Source: Leucoraja erinacea (taxonomy: Eukaryota). Taken from it: a stretch of 64,000 nucleotides of DNA. Each line of letters begins with the position of its first letter. The stretch's first letter is position 1. The stretch is from contig NC_073390.1 in the NCBI RefSeq assembly GCF_028641065.1, positions 16,182,001 to 16,246,000 on the forward strand, given 5' to 3'. The notes beneath the pieces are model-generated. The model saw only the letters and a list, made by a program, of their open reading frames with translations, ran no database searches and was not told where the DNA came from. The position numbers were made by a program, and so were the translations under genes. This document shows, piece after piece, positions 34,873 through 45,989 of the stretch.

Positions 34873-37800
34873 AGGGTCTCCACTGAGTGCTTCAGTTCCC
34901 TTCCACATCCTGAAGCTGTGCTGGTATATTAATTGGCTTTTGTATATTAATTGGCCTTTGTACATTACCTAGCATGGGTAAATGGAAAAAGAATCAAAGG
35001 GTTGTTAATGGCCATGAAAGAAATAATAGGTATCAGGGGTATAGGTCCTTTGCCCGAGATGTGATGGGCTGAATGGCTTTCTGCTGTGTCATAATAAGAA
35101 TTCGGTCAACCTCAGTTGTCATTATACTCATCAAATGAATTCCCTATGGGAGAGAATATCAAACTATCATCTCAATTCTGGTCATTGGTTTAAATTGCAT
35201 TGGGCTCTCCAGAAAGATGAAACAGTCTCTCAGCATTTATTCGGTGACACAGAGTACTGTGTGATGACTTTTCATTCTTTTAATCTCTCGAATAAAGTCT
35301 TAGACCATTCAATTTCACAAGGTTATCTCCTCACCCCAAAATCAATCTATTGGAACTTATTACATAATCGCATGGGAAGGTGTATCTTTGGAGACTGTGA
35401 TTTGTGATTTGATTTGTGTAGAAGTGTCTCAAATCCCTCTGATCAACAACACAGTTTTAAGGCGAGAGGGAAACCTTTAAAGGAGATATGTGAGGTAATT
35501 TTGTTTACACAGCGAGTGGTGGGTGGCAGGAATGCACAGTCATGGGTAGCGGTAGAAACATTTCAAATGCTTTTGGATAGGCACATTAATATGCAGGGAA
35601 TGGAGGGAAATAAATTATGTGCAGCCAGTTGAGATTAGTTTAACTTGGCATCATTTACGGCATGGACATTGAGAGGTGAAGAGACTGTCCCTCTGCTGTT
35701 CTGTTCTATATACCTCACCATTATATATACCTGCACTTGAATTTGGTTGTTTGCAGCGTGGACTGCCTTCTGCGCATGCGGAGCAGCCTACCACGCATGC
35801 GCAGTCCAAGTTTCTTGGTGGGTTTTTCAAACATGGATTGTCCTTATCTTAACAGTATCTTAGGAAATCTGCCTCGCTCATGTCAGCCGCTTCCCGCAAA
35901 TCCTTTAATTCTGACAGTGCGATCAAGGGACCAAATGAGGTTGCTCGTCTGTCGGAAGTTAAGGATTTGCGGGAGGCTGAAATTAGTGAGGCCGGCGAGC
36001 GGCAGGAGAGAGGTGTTCAGCCGGAGAGTACTGCCAGAGGTGAGCTGGCCTGCAGAAGGCGCTGAGGTCCCGGCGGCCAGTTCCGCTGTCTGGTCCCGGC
36101 GGTTGCTCGCAGCGACCCGAGTTGCTTCCCTCCCCGGCCACAATGCGGTGGCTCTGCGTCCGGAGTGCCGCGGCAGTGGTGAATGAGTTGCTGGCAAAAT
36201 GAATTGTTACTTTCTATATTTTTATTTTTTTGAGTGTGAGAAATTCTATGTCCCACCAGCCATCTTTCAAAATTTAGCAACTCAAAATGGGGGTGCGTTT
36301 TCATTGACGGGAAATACTATACTTTATTAAGTGATATGGCTTTTGAGGACTTTATAAAAGCCGACTGACAGCTTATGGAGAGGAGAACAATCTGCACATG
36401 TGCGGTTTAAGATTTTTTAAAAGCCGACTGAATGCCTACCCCGAGTAATTACTCACGGCACGTGCCTGCTATTTATTCACCATGCTTTGTATTATTAGCT
36501 AACTCACATACAATATTTGGAGCAAAGAAATGTTGATGCGGCAAATCTGTAACAAGGAGAGAATGCTGGAAGCATTCACAGGTCAAGCAGCAAGAGCATT
36601 AAGGAAAAAAACTGCAGATGCTGGATTTCAGCAAGCAGCGCTATGCGTGGTCCATTAATCTAAGGCATTGATATTGATTGCTGAGGATAAGACCCAAGCA
36701 GTCATCCTTGAAACATTCCATGAGTTACCATTCTGAAAAGTATTCTCTTTTTTGTCCATTAGCCAATCTTAATCAATGGCAATATATATATATATTTTTT
36801 TTTTATAATATTTATCTTATTAGAAGCAATTGTACAAGGAGAAAGTAATCGACATAGCTATTATACAATATTCGTCCAACTTCAGTTTTAACATTTTATA
36901 AACTGATAAGTAAATCGGAAAAAAGAAAAAAGGAAAGAAGCGAACGGAAGAAGAAAGGAAAAAGAAAAGAATTTCAAAAAAGATACGGAAAAGGAAAAAG
37001 AAAAACCCTTGAATTAACAAAGGAGTGAAAAAAAAGCAGAGATATATCCCACTACCCTTACCTACGCCCGCTCACCTGACCCTAGCGTCGGTTTTGAATT
37101 TGTGTTCAACCATTATGTTGTTGAAGAAATTCAATGAAAGGAGACCATATTTTGGAAAATTGATCCGATTTGTCCGACAAAACAAGCCTTATTTTGTCTA
37201 AATGTAGTGTCTCGGTCATTTCTGTGATCCACATCTTCACTGTGGGAACTGTTATCCTTTTCCAGAATTTAAGTTTTTTCGCAGTTATTAAACCATAGTC
37301 AAGGAAGCGTCTTTGGAATTTCGTTAACTTAGGGCAGCCCTCTGACATTCCTAATATTATTAATTTTGAATCTGACTCCAATTGAATTTTGAGTGTTTTA
37401 TAAATGGTATTGAATATTCCCATCCAGAAGTTTTGTATTTTTATACAGGATGCAAAAGAATGGGTTAGGGTAGCTTCTTGGAAGTGACATTTATCACAGA
37501 GAGGGAAGACAGTTGGGAAAATCTTGTTCAGTTTGATCTTTGAGTAGTATAACCTATGCAATACTTTGAATTGTATCAGGCAATGCCTGGCATTTAAAGA
37601 ACAGTAATGTATGTATTGTAGGCTTTCCTCCCATATATCTTTTGAAATGGGTAAACCCAGCTCGTCCTCCCATGCTCGCCTATAAATCTCAGAAGGTGGG
37701 GTGTCAATATTTAGAAGAGTGTTATAAATGTAAGATATCAACTTACTTGTATCGGCATGTCTATTCAAACAATCGTCTAATATATCTGGACCCATAAGAG

Positions 37801-39241
37801 GACAGTCTTGTGTATATGTTTTCACATAATCTCGGATTTGAAGGTATCTAAAAAAATTGTTGCCGTTCAAGTGATATTTCTCCTGTAGTTCTTGAAAGAG
37901 AGAGAGAGTCCCCTTCTTATAGAGGTCTCCCACAGTATTGATTCCCAGGTTCTTCCATTGAACAAACACCATATCTAAAGTAGACGGTTTAAACGAGGGA
38001 TTGTTTGCCATAGGAAGAAGGAGGGACATGTTTCTCAATTTAAGACTGAATTTCAGCTGTTTCCAGATACGGATAGTACTATGTATTATCGGATTTTGCT
38101 CATATGTTGACTTATTCAAATGTATTGGAGATAGGAGGATCGAGCCTATACTAAAAGGCAAACAATCTTCCCTCTCCATTTTTAACCAATTTACATGTTG
38201 ACATGTATCGTCCAACCAGAAAGTTATATTTTTAATATTAGTTGCCCAGTAGTAAAAAAGAAAATTAGGTTGAGCTAATCCTCCATTTTCTTTGGATTTG
38301 CACAAATGTCTTTTGTGTATTCTATGGGTTTTGTAGTCCCAAATAAAGTTAGTGACAATAGAAAACATTTTTTTTTAAAAAGCTTTTAGGGAGATATATC
38401 GGTATTGATTGAAATAAATATAAAAGTTGTGAAGGAAGATCAACTTTATGGCATTTAATCTACCAATAAGGGAGATAGGAAGTGTTTTCCAAAATTGAAT
38501 GTAGGCATATAGTTTAGTGATTAATGGTGGGAAATTTATTTTAAACAGAAAGGAATACTTTCTAGTCACGTAAATTCCAAGATATCTGAACTTTTCAGTA
38601 ACAATTCTGAAAGGAAATTGCTGGTGTTGAGAAGGGTCTTGTTCTTTTATTGGCATGATTTCACTTTTATTCCAATTTATTTTGTATCCAGAGAAAGAAC
38701 CAAATTGTTCTATACTGTTTAGAACATTTGGAATACTAACTTGTGGATTAGTAATGTATAAAAGTACATCATCTGCATATAACGAGATTTTATTGGTGGT
38801 TTATTCGGTATTGTATCCATAAATGCCTGAATGGGACCTGATACTCTCGGCAAGAGGTTCTATGACTAAAGCAAATAACATTGGAGAAAGGGCACATTCT
38901 TGTCTGTTACCCCTAGATAAATAAAATTTAGGTGAAAGCATTTGATTTGTCAGTATTCTAGCTGTCGGATTAGTGTATAAAAGCTTCACCCATAAAGTAA
39001 AGTTTTCTCCCTATTGAAATTTTTCCAACACTGTGAAAAGATAAGACCCTTGCACTCGAAAGCTTTTTCTGCATTAATAATTGTTAGATCTTCATTTGGC
39101 ATTCTCTGCAAATATATTATGTTTAACAAACGTCTCAAATTATAAAACGAGTGTCGTTTAGGTATAAAATCAGTTTGATCTGGATGTATTAGTTTACAGA
39201 TAACCAAGCTTAATCTACGAGCCAAAGCCTTAGCTAGTATC

Positions 39242-39905
39242 ACCTCTCGTACCACCTTCCCTCTCGTACCACCCCCTCCCCGGGCACTTTCCCTTGCAAC
39301 CGCAAGAGATGCAACACTTGTCCCTTTACCTCCCCCTTCGACTCCGTTCAAGGACCCAAGCAGTCGTTCCAGGTGCGACAGAGGTTTACCTGCATCTCCT
39401 CCAACCTCATCTATTGCATCCGCTGCTCTAGATGTCAGCAGATCTATATCGGTGAGACCAAGCGGAGGTTGGGCGATCGTTTCGCCGAACACCTCCGCTC
39501 GGTCCGCAATAACCAAGCTGACCTCCCGGTGGCTCAGCACTTCAACACCCCCTCCCACTCCGTCTCCGACCTCTCTGTCCTGGGTCTCCTCCATGGCCAC
39601 AGCGAGCAGCACCGGAAATTGGAGGAACAGCACCTCATATTCCGCTTGGGGAGTCTGCATCCTGGGGGCATGAACATCGAATTCTCCCAATTTTGTTAGT
39701 CCTTGCTATCTCCTCCCCTTCCTCAGTCCCCCTGCTGTCTCCTCCCATCCCCCAGCCTTCGGGCTCCTCCTCCTTTTTCCTTTCTTGTCCCCGCCCCCCC
39801 CACCCCCGATCAGTCTGAAGAAGGGTTTCGGCCCGAAACGTTGCTTAATTCCTTCGCTCCATAGATGCTGCTGCACCCGCTGAGTTTCTCCAGCTTTTTT
39901 GGGTA
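39242..39905 (+). mobile_element. 5'-truncated Penelope-like element (GIY-YIG endonuclease + terminal repeat) inserted in the L1
   Basis: ORF to 39699 with NLIYCIRCSRCQQIYIGETKRRLGDRFAEH. 14-bp TSD CCTTAGCTAGTATC at 39228-39241 and 39906-39919. Confidence 0.93.
39811..39845 (+). ncRNA. Minimal hammerhead ribozyme-like motif in the Penelope terminal repeat
   Basis: CTGAAGA-A-GGG(TTTCGG)CCC-GAAA-CGTT contains the conserved CUGAnGA and GAAA boxes around a short stem II and a palindromic ACGT stem III. Minimal hammerheads are an established feature of PLE terminal repeats. Confidence 0.7.
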
Positions 39906-40192
39906 CCTTAGCTAGTATCTTCTGATCCGTATTTAAAAGGGCTATTGCCCTATAGGATCCAGGCTCCTCGAGATTTTTTATCTTTTTTTGGAATTAATGT
40001 AATAGTTGATTCAGCAAGAGTTTGTGGTAAAGTCTGTTCTTTAAATGCTTGAATATAAAAGGCTTGTAAGCGTGGAGAAATTAAATCATTACATTTTTTA
40101 TAAAATTCGTTACTAAACCCGATCGGGCGAGGAGTTTTTCCACTTTTCAATGATTTAATAGTCTCTACGGTGTCTTTTGTTGTTATCTCTGC

Positions 40193-40890
40193 TAATTCAT
40201 CCCGTTGTTCCTCATTAAGGAATGGGAGATTGCAATTCTTGACATGGGGTTGCTCTGGTATATGTGCCGCCGGAGCTTAAGGACTGTCTGTTTGTGTTTA
40301 TCCGCAGGGACTCGCACCGGACTCGGCTGAAAGGGTCCTTTCCGGGTGTTGTGTCCCGGCATCGTGACTTTTCGTTTGGATGTCGGGGTTCTATAGGAAA
40401 TCTTTCGGTGGCTCCCCTCAAGCCCGCCCATCTGGATATCGATAGCCCAGTGGTGGTGGCTCAACCCCGGCGTAGAGGTCGTCCGCTGGCCATTCCTGTT
40501 GCGCCTGTTTCCCCTGTAACTTTGCCCTCTGCTGGCTCCGTTCCCGCTAGTTCCTCTCCTGTACCGCCGGTTGTGTCTGTTCCGCTGGTCTCCACCCGGT
40601 CTGGTCGCCTCATTCGGCCTCCCGCCTCCTTACCTCGGGTTCTGGCGTGGGGCTCCTATAGGAGCAGCTAATGGTGGGTTGGGGAAATGCGAACCCTCGT
40701 TATTGGTTGGCGCCATCACCTGACCACGGGTGTTGGTTCGCGGGCTTTTCTCCTCAGTCGACAGCGCTCCTCCCGAGTAGCAGGAGCTATTATACGGTTA
40801 TTTGACCCGGCAAGCGGATTCTGAGTTATTTTCTTGTTTTCCATTCAACAATAGAAATTGTTTAACTTAACGTGCCTGTCTCGCTAAAGT
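40193..40890 (+). mobile_element. Gypsy-type LTR retrotransposon 3' end (integrase tail + probable LTR)
   Basis: ORF 40264-40671 has VFIRRDSHR...LKPAHLD...STRSGRLIRPP, typical of the Gypsy integrase C-terminus. A short G-rich tract at about 40647-40653 is followed by about 230 bp of LTR-like sequence. Confidence 0.7.
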
Positions 40891-41109
40891 ACAGTATAAG
40901 AATTTGCTGCTTATGATTTTACATGAGGAAAAATAACCAAATCAGCACAAAAATGCAAAATAAACAACAAATTTTGTTCAGGGTTCGTGTTATGGAAAAG
41001 TGCGATACAGACATTTTCCATGAACACAATCTTTCTGTAACACTGTACCTATTGGGATCATGTTGTTCTATACAGACTGCAATGTGTTGCATGGTCACCT
41101 GTATCTTAC

Positions 41110-41168
41110 CTGTTTTCTGGAACTAATTTCTGGAATTATTTGCAATGCATAACAATAATAAAGCTCCA
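41110..41168 (-). other. Candidate 59-nt non-coding (5' UTR) exon of the 131-aa gene
   Basis: Acceptor tattttgtcctgcag| and strong donor CAG|gtaaga in unique sequence. The exon at 32212 starts with an acceptor and so needs an upstream exon. Confidence 0.3.
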
Positions 41169-41769
41169 CTGCAGGACAAAATACTAATCCCAGAAGAAGG
41201 TGCCTGGGCCCGGCACGTCACCTGCTCATTTCATTCCACGGATGCTGCCTGACCTACTGAATTCCGCCTTTATGCTTAGGATTCCAGCATCTGCTGACCC
41301 TTGTCTCCACTCAATATTAATGTACTAGTGGAAGTTGTCAAATTAAGATATAACATTGATAAATGACCATCAACATGTCCCTTCCTCTCTATCCTAAATC
41401 GAGCAATTCTGGGAGGGGTCTCAGGAGGTGGAGTGCCAAATTGGTCATGAATGATCCCAACAACCTCTATGCTGATCATTATCATCATCGTCGCCAAGTA
41501 ATTGAACAATGCTGTTAAAAGTGTTTTCTTTTTCAACATTGGTAATGTTATGATACAATAACCAACCCCTTGGGTCCCAATCACCCAGAATTGCTAATAT
41601 CCAAATGCTACTGCAAGAACATTATTGCATACAGAATTTTTCATACTGCATGAAAAGCTCAAATTTATTTTTCAGCCTGTATTTGAGCACTGTGATTGCC
41701 AGCAGCATCATGCTGGGTTACGCCTCTGACGTCATCTGCTGTTATTCTGCACCTGCACTGCAGTCATGC

Positions 41770-43123
41770 ACCCCACCACTGGAAGAGGAATCTGCCAAAT
41801 AACTATAAATAATTCTAAGTGTGGAAAAATCACCAGGACTAGAGACCTCTATCTGAAGATGTGGCCCAATTTTGCAATCTGTTGAACGGAATAAAGGGTA
41901 GTCAAGATATTACTGTCAAAACTGCTATACTCAAACAACCAGCAACACTTAAGTTCTCAAGGACTACATTTGCTTGCTTGAACATCGCAGTGTCGTGGTT
42001 TACTGTCAAATGCATTTTTGAGCACATTCCCTGCATAGTTTATTATGAAGGCATGGAATTGAATAAAATGGCCATTTTCATTTCAGAATTTGAAATAAAT
42101 TTGGTGACCAATGTGAAATTATCCTCCATTTTGCCGAGAATATAAAGGAAAGGGAAGATGGGTGGCTAGGAAAGGAGGGGAAACAAGGGATAGTGGGCAA
42201 GCATCTGTGCCTGACTACATGGGCATTTGTGTACATGTAACTTTTGGCGAACACCTGCATACCTGTCCACCTTTGTGTGCTATGTAACAAGGAACTGCAG
42301 ATGGTGGTTTAAACCAAAGATAGATACAAAAAGCTGGAGTAACTCAGCGGGACAGGCAGCATCTCTGGAGAGAAGGAAAGGGTGACGTTTCGGGTCAATT
42401 CTCCAGTATTTTGTGTCTATCTTCACCTTTGTGTGCTAATTTCCCTGCAGTGGACCTATCTTAGATCCTTTTTCCATTGGATGAAAACCTCAAGCTGTCC
42501 GCAAAAGCTATTCAACACTGAAAGAGGCAATGTACATGCTACTTCCACTCCTCACTTGCCTGAAGTAAGTGAGGAGGTGAACACAATCCTGTCCTCATGA
42601 ATGCAGCTTCTGTAAAGATGGTCAACAGCTTCAAGTTCCTTGGCATATAGATCATCAGCAACTTTTTCTGCAGCATGTGCCCCATCATTGGATGAGGAGT
42701 CTGCCAAATTGATATAAATAATGTTGAGAGTGAAAAAATGGCCAGGGTCAGAGATCTCTATGGGAAGATATGGCCCAATCATGCAATCAACTCATGAAGT
42801 TATCGTCAATCCTGCTGTACGCAAACAGCCAGCAGCAGTTACATTCTCAAGGACCACTTTCGCTTGCATGAATATTGTAGCATTGAGGTTTACCATTGCA
42901 TTTTTGAGCACATTCCTGCATTGGTTATTGTGAAAGCATGGAATTGAATTAACTTAGGTCTCTCATGTCAGTTTTTATTTCAGAGGTTGAAATACATTTT
43001 GTCAACAAAGTGAAATTATCTTCCAGTTTGCTGAGAATGGAAGGGAAGAGAAAGGGAAGGTGGTTGGCCAGGAGAGGGGGGAAACCAGGAAAGGACAGTG
43101 GACAAGCAGTTGTGCCTGAGAGC
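41770..43123. repeat. Two diverged copies (about 41770-42213 and 42663-43123) of an unclassified element of about 460 bp
   Basis: Colinear blocks such as TCTGCCAAAT, TGGCCCAAT, TTCTCAAGGAC, TGCATTTTTGAGCACATTCC, GCATGGAATTGAAT, GTGAAATTATC and TGTGCCTGA. The second copy is flanked by AGATCA(T/C)CAGCAAC direct repeats. Confidence 0.85.
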
Positions 43124-43784
43124 AGATCACCAGCAACCTAATCTGGTCCGTTCACATTGATTCAGTGAGCAAGAAAGCACATCAAAATATTTACTTTATT
43201 AGGCACCAGCAACATATCCACAATGATTCTCTCGAACTTCAACAGATGTGCCACAGAAAATATCCTGTGGGATATGCCAACTGCTCAGTTCTTAATGGCC
43301 TGTAGTGAATCCAGCCTAGTCCATCACAGACTCGTCACTTCCTTCCATCCAGTCTGTTTTCATGGTGGGTTTGATCAGGAAGGTTGGAAGCTTCGTCAAG
43401 GATGCCTTCCTCTCTGGCTATTTCCTTTTCTCTCTCTAACCTTCTGTCAGAAGAGCTTAAAAGCTTGGGCACCCAGACTTAAGCACAACTTCTTTTCCAG
43501 TGTTATCACACACCTGAACCCATCACTTGCTGCCATGTGCTATTACTCTTAACTACCTCATTATGTAACTCTACATCACATTTTTACACTTTTTCTTACA
43601 CAACTTTAAATTGCACTACAATCAAGCACCACTGTTGTTTTGCACTCTTTGTTGCATTTTGTTGTATTTATGATTAGTGTATGTATACTATTTAATCTGT
43701 GAAGTTTATATCAACAAACAATTCCATTGTACCCTGGTGTGTATATATATACACTGCAACTGCAACAGTCATTCTGTCATCATA

Positions 43785-43974
43785 TGTGTTTAAGACGGAA
43801 CTGCAGATGCTGGAAAATCGAAGGTACACAAAAAAGCTGGAGAAACTCAGCGGGTGCAGCAGCATCTATGGAACGAAGGAAATTCAGATGAAGGGTTTCG
43901 GCCCGAAACATTGCCTATTTCCTTAGCTCCATAGATGCTGCCGCACCCGCTGAGTTTCTCCAGCTTTTTGTGTA
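43785..43974. mobile_element. Palindromic Penelope-derived unit with 15-bp TSD
   Basis: Near-perfect inverted arms. TSD CATTCTGTCATCATA at 43770-43784 and 43975-43989. Confidence 0.85.
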
Positions 43975-45465
43975 CATTCTGTCATCATAGCCTGATAACT
44001 GTAAGATCTGAACAATACACCCCAACCCTGGAATCTATGGAAGTGGCCAAAATGAACACAAGACTTCTGAGATTGGTCCTGGGCAGGTAGGAGCTCTACA
44101 AGCTTAATAACACCACAAATAGTCTTGCAAGGTAGACACAAATGCTGGAGAAACTCAGTGGGTGAGGCAGCATCTATGGAGCGAAGGAAATAGGCAATGT
44201 TTTTGGTTGAGACCCTTCTTCAGACAGGGTTTTGACCATAGTCTTGCTACAGGGGTTTATTTGTGCTTTAGGGGTGGATTTAATCTGGCTTGTCATAGGG
44301 ACATGACATTAGGGGGAAGAATCAGAAGAGAGAAAAGTCAAACTTAAAAAGCCCAATATCTAAATGTATGCTTCATCTGCCACATGATAGTTGAATTAAT
44401 GACATGAATAGTTGGAAATGGCCATAATCCACCATCACAGGAAAATTGATAATTAAAACTAGGAATTAAATATTTCAATATTTGGAAGTACGGGCAAAAT
44501 GGTAAATAAGGAAGTTTTAAGTTAGTTCGGTAGTAAGGGTGGGAAAGCAGGTTTAGGTTTTTGGACCAGTAGGATCTCTTCTGGGGTAGAGGTGACCTGT
44601 ATAAGAGAGATAGCTTGCATCTGAACTGGAGGAGGACCAATATCCCAGCAATAAAAATATGTGGGAACTACTTGAAAGGATTTATATTAATCTGGCAATG
44701 GATGGAATCCATAGCACTATGAGGCAATTGAGAAGGTTGGCACACATACTGAAGTTAAAGAGAGCACATTCAATAGACAGGACTACTGATTAAGTTGGCT
44801 GCTCTTCCAAAGCAGTTGAAGTGTAGATGAGAGTCAATTGGGGTGTGAGGAGGCTGGTTTGTGTGACAGACAAGCCTACATCCATAACTCTTGGACCAGG
44901 CCAAATTATTTTGGTACGGGATACTGAGTTGGATGATCAGCCATGATCATATTAAATGGCAGTGCAGGCTCGAAGGGCCGAATGGCCTACTCCTGCACCT
45001 AATTTCTATGTTTCTATGTTTCTATTGGTGATATTTATGCCCAGGAAATTAGAGCTCACACACATTTTCCATTTCAGCATCATAGATACTGACTAGGGTG
45101 TATACACCACCCCGTGTCCCGACATCAGTGACTAGCTCCTTCATCTTGCTGACATTGAGAGTTTGTTCTTTGGATACCATTTTAGTAAGCTCTCTATCTC
45201 CCTCCTGTACTCTATTGCCTATCCCTGCTGTTTGCGGTGTATGGGTTTGGTGATGGGTTTGATTGAGGGTTATGATGTTGAAGGCAGGGATATAGTCAAT
45301 AACTGGGAGTCTGATGTAGATGTGCTTGTTATCCAGATGTTTCAGGGATGAGTATTATGACAGGGAGATAGCGTCTGTCTTGGGCCTGGAGGAGAATTGC
45401 AGCGGATCAAGGCTGCCTTAAGAGGCTGCAGATAATGTGCTCCATGACCAGCCCACTAAGGCCTT

Positions 45466-45565
45466 CAGTCTGAAGAAGGGACTCGACCTGAAACGTCACC
45501 CATTCCTTCTCTCCAGAGATGCTGCTTGTCCCGCTGAGTTACTCCAGCACTGTGTGTCTATCTTC
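45466..45565 (+). mobile_element. Penelope-derived short unit with hammerhead-like core
   Basis: CTGAAGAAGGGACTCGACCTGAAACGTC at 45470-45497, ending in a GUC triplet. Flanked by the direct repeat AAGGCCTTCA. Confidence 0.75.
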
Positions 45566-45989
45566 AAGGCCTTCATGAGTGTGGATATCAGAGCCACTGA
45601 ATAATAGTATTTTGGGCACGCTACCTTGCATTCTTTTAGGAACTGGAACGATAGTGGTCTTCATAAAGCAGGTGGGAATCGCAGAATGGAGTTAGGGAGC
45701 AATTAAAAACGTAAGTGAATATTGCTGCCAGCTGGTCCACGCAGGTTTTGAGAACACGACCAGAGACTCCATCCAACCCAGTTGGTTTCTGTGGGTTGAC
45801 TGGAAGGCCAATCTGTCAGCTGCAGCATTGAGATCATCCTTTATAACTCTAAGGGGGGGTTGTGCAGTTTATGGAATGACATTAGTACAATGAACAGAAG
45901 AGATATTGGTTTTGCAGATCATAGAATAGAATTAGAGAAAACTTAGTAGAGGGCAAGAGTCATTGGTGTGAGTGATTTATGGCCTTCTA

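Larger units (their letters stand above)
36790..40190 (-). mobile_element. 5'-truncated L1-clade LINE (ORF2 RT + C-terminal Cys/His domain, poly(A) tail)
   Basis: RT motifs (GNRQECALSPMLF; YADD at about 38768-38782) in frameshifted pieces. ORF 37106-38368 has QFKVLHRLY...CDKC...TLTHSFASC. T-rich 3' UTR and an A-tail at about 36794-36804. Confidence 0.9.

Noticed and set aside
34149-34965. Overlapping GC-rich ORFs or a second CpG-island gene
   Set aside because: No recognisable protein or splice structure. The block ends in a retroposon-type tail and looks like an interspersed repeat.
38986-39690. 234-aa minus-strand ORF as a chimeric gene
   Set aside because: It is the antisense reading of the Penelope insert running into an L1 RT fragment.
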